A stretch of 64,000 nucleotides of DNA from the human T2T-CHM13v2.0 reference genome, Homo sapiens: NCBI RefSeq assembly GCF_009914755.1, contig NC_060928.1; one strand, written 5' to 3'. Positions 61,567-64,000 of this stretch are shown piece after piece; position 1 is the stretch's first letter; every line of letters starts with the position of its first letter. The notes under the pieces are model-generated. The model saw nothing but the letters and a program-made list of their open reading frames with translations, was not told the DNA's origin and ran no database searches. The position numbers were made by a program, and so were the translations under genes.

Positions 61567-64000
61567 AGGATGGTCCTCAAACTCCAAGGATCAGCATAGT
61601 CTGTGCATAGGAGTGAGCCAGTGAGAATGTCATTCATTGAGCACCTACTGTGTGCCTGGCGCCTGGCTTCCTCATTATCTCGTTAACACATATGGTTGCT
61701 ATCAGGCTGTTTGCCTCTGCCTGGCCTCAGCTTGGCCCTCCTGCTCCTGAAGTCCCCAGTGCCAGCCGCTGCACCAACATGTGTGTGGTCTGACCGCCTC
61801 TGTCCTTTGGTCTGTACAACAACTGGCTTGCCTGTGGCAGTGCCACCCAGCCAGCCTGCTGGGCCACCGACTTGCTTTGTATCTCCTGGCCTTGGAAAGG
61901 CTGACTTGGGCATGTTTGTGAGGGAGATTGGAAAACTGGAAGGTGAGGTTCTTAAGGTCACATCTTGATTATTCTCTACCATTTTTGTCATGTGTGTTTG
62001 GTTCAGGAAAATTTGAAACTGAACCGTGAGGACAGGGGCATTCAGGCTATCATCCTATAACCCCACTCCCCTGTGCTGGACTGTTACAATTATTTCTATA
62101 AAATCAGCCTCCCCATGGCACTGTGAGCCACTTGAGGGCAGAGCCTGTGCCTTATCCAGCCCTCTAGCTTCTGAGCCTGGCATAGGCTCCTGATAATAGT
62201 GGGAGCTCAGTCACCATTGATGAACCCAGATATGAAATGGATGGAAGGGTGAGCCCACAACTTGGATTTCTGTCCTGAGAGCTGGCGTCTGTGGGAGAGG
62301 GTTCTGTACACAGTCACGCCAGCCTCTGCACTCACTGAGCACTTGCTGGGCTTCTGGCTCTGCTCTCAAAACTGCATGAATATCAACATTTCCAATCCTC
62401 ACTGAAACCCACGAGATAGGGACTATGATCCTCATTTTACAAATGGGGAAACTGAGTCAAAGAGCTATGCATAACTTGCCAAATACCACACAGCAGGTCA
62501 GTTGCAGGGCTGAGACGAGAACCCCAGCGGAGTTGCCATCTCAGCTGTCAACCCTCTGCACCACCGGTCCTGGTGCCAAGGCTTCATCCCATCCCCCATG
62601 GACCTAGTAACTAAAACTTTGGGTGACTTACTTGATTGTGCCCAGTGACCATCACGCAGCTTGGATGGGAGGGAAGGTCCTGGCTCCCACACTGCTGGGC
62701 GGTGCTGGGCGGAATCACTGCATCTTTCCATACTTCAGTTCCCTCAACTTCAGGGGGAGGCTCACTCCTACCATGGAACTTCTGGGAGGTCATAGGCCAT
62801 CTGTGTGAAGCCCAGGGCCCTGTGGTGGCATGATTGTATGCTGTGATCTGAATATGATCAGTCGTTATTGATGGTCTTGAGGTTTTCCCGTGTGGTATTT
62901 CTTTTTCAGAAAAGGAAAGGGGGCTGGCCTAAAGGCAAGAAGAGAAACCCCCCGAGGGACCTTGCTGTTCCGTGTTCCTACGACAGGGTAAGATGCAGGG
63001 AGATTACTCTGACCCAACGTTGAAGTAATCTGCAGGGCTCACCATGTGGCCTGGGCCACGTGGCGGGGTTGGTACGATCCCATCTCAGCCTTTACCTGTT
63101 CTTTTAGGGTGCTTGGTTAGCTAGGGGGCCTGACACCACTGGGAGTGTGGGGTGGGCTGCTTAGTTCTTTAATCTGTAATGAGGTCCTGGTCCTGGAGGA
63201 GAGAGGACAGAAGAACCAGGTTTGGGTTCCAGACAGGAAAAGGGGTAGGTGTGGGCTTGGTGGGTCTGCTTTCCATCCCAGGCTTGAAGACATGGGCGCT
63301 CTGTGGCCTTGGGTAAGCTGGTTAACCTTCAGGGGGCTCAAGCCACCCTTCTCAGCACCTGGGACCTTGTCCCTTTCCCATGAATCTTGCGCCATAGAAG
63401 AAAGGTCCCATGCCAGCTGCTGACCAGAGCTCTGAGGGTCACCTTGCCCCATCTAGAAGCTTGTACACTTTATCCTCAGGGTTCACACGGCTCTAACGCT
63501 GAGGGGCTTCCTTCAGTATTCCTGTGGCTCACATGGATGAAACTGGTTTGGCCACAGCCTTTCTCCCTCCCCTTCAAAAGAAGTCCTTGAGCAGGAGGGG
63601 GAGGGGCCTGCACCTGGAGTATTAGGCCACACCTGTGAGCAGGTGGCATTATGTTCATTATACAAAGGGGGAAACGGAGGCTCAGATGGGTTACGTGGTT
63701 TGTCCACATAATGCAGCATGGCTATTTGAACGTGTCCCCTGCCAGACACAGCCACCCAGCCTTCATACACCTCGTGCCCTGTGGGGAGCCCCTCTTCTCA
63801 TTCCTAGGCCTTTTACGAGACTCTGGGTTAACAAGCCACTGGAGGATGTGCCCCTCTTAGCCTTCAGTTCTCTGGTTAGACTGAACAAGATGGGCAAACC
63901 TGTGACTCGTTGTGAAAACCGGAAAGTGGAATGAGCTGCCCCTGGCCGGCTCCCTTCCCCACCGGTTCTCAGAGCCAGGTTTGTCCCTTCTGTGGCACAG

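Overview
Primate, very probably human, genomic DNA. It is dense in Alu, MIR, L1, L2, MaLR/ERVL LTRs and DNA-transposon fossils, and I can support no protein-coding exon. The ORF track is almost all noise from repeats, GC-rich DNA and non-ATG starts. A large CpG-island promoter (~35.1-37.0 kb) carries a minus-strand non-coding first exon ending at a CAG|GTGGGT donor at 36209. From memory this matches the JAKMIP1 5' UTR (4p16.1); that is recall and needs BLAT confirmation. If so, 1-36.2 kb is JAKMIP1 intron 1, and the right half is upstream/divergent-lncRNA territory with a second CpG island at ~57.8-58.5 kb. The most notable observations are: (1) several local templated-insertion scars, the best being a ~155 bp inverted copy of nearby unique DNA that replaces the TATA-region segment of a THE1 LTR; (2) a canonical 21-bp REST/RE1 site at 61546-61566; (3) uORFs and an acceptor-like U-rich tract in exon 1; (4) a 1.6 kb CAC/CAT repeat with higher-order structure; (5) Made1 (miR-548-type) hairpins. 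I found no evidence of a new protein-coding system. Repeat subfamily names come from remembered consensus sequences, and repeat boundaries are approximate.
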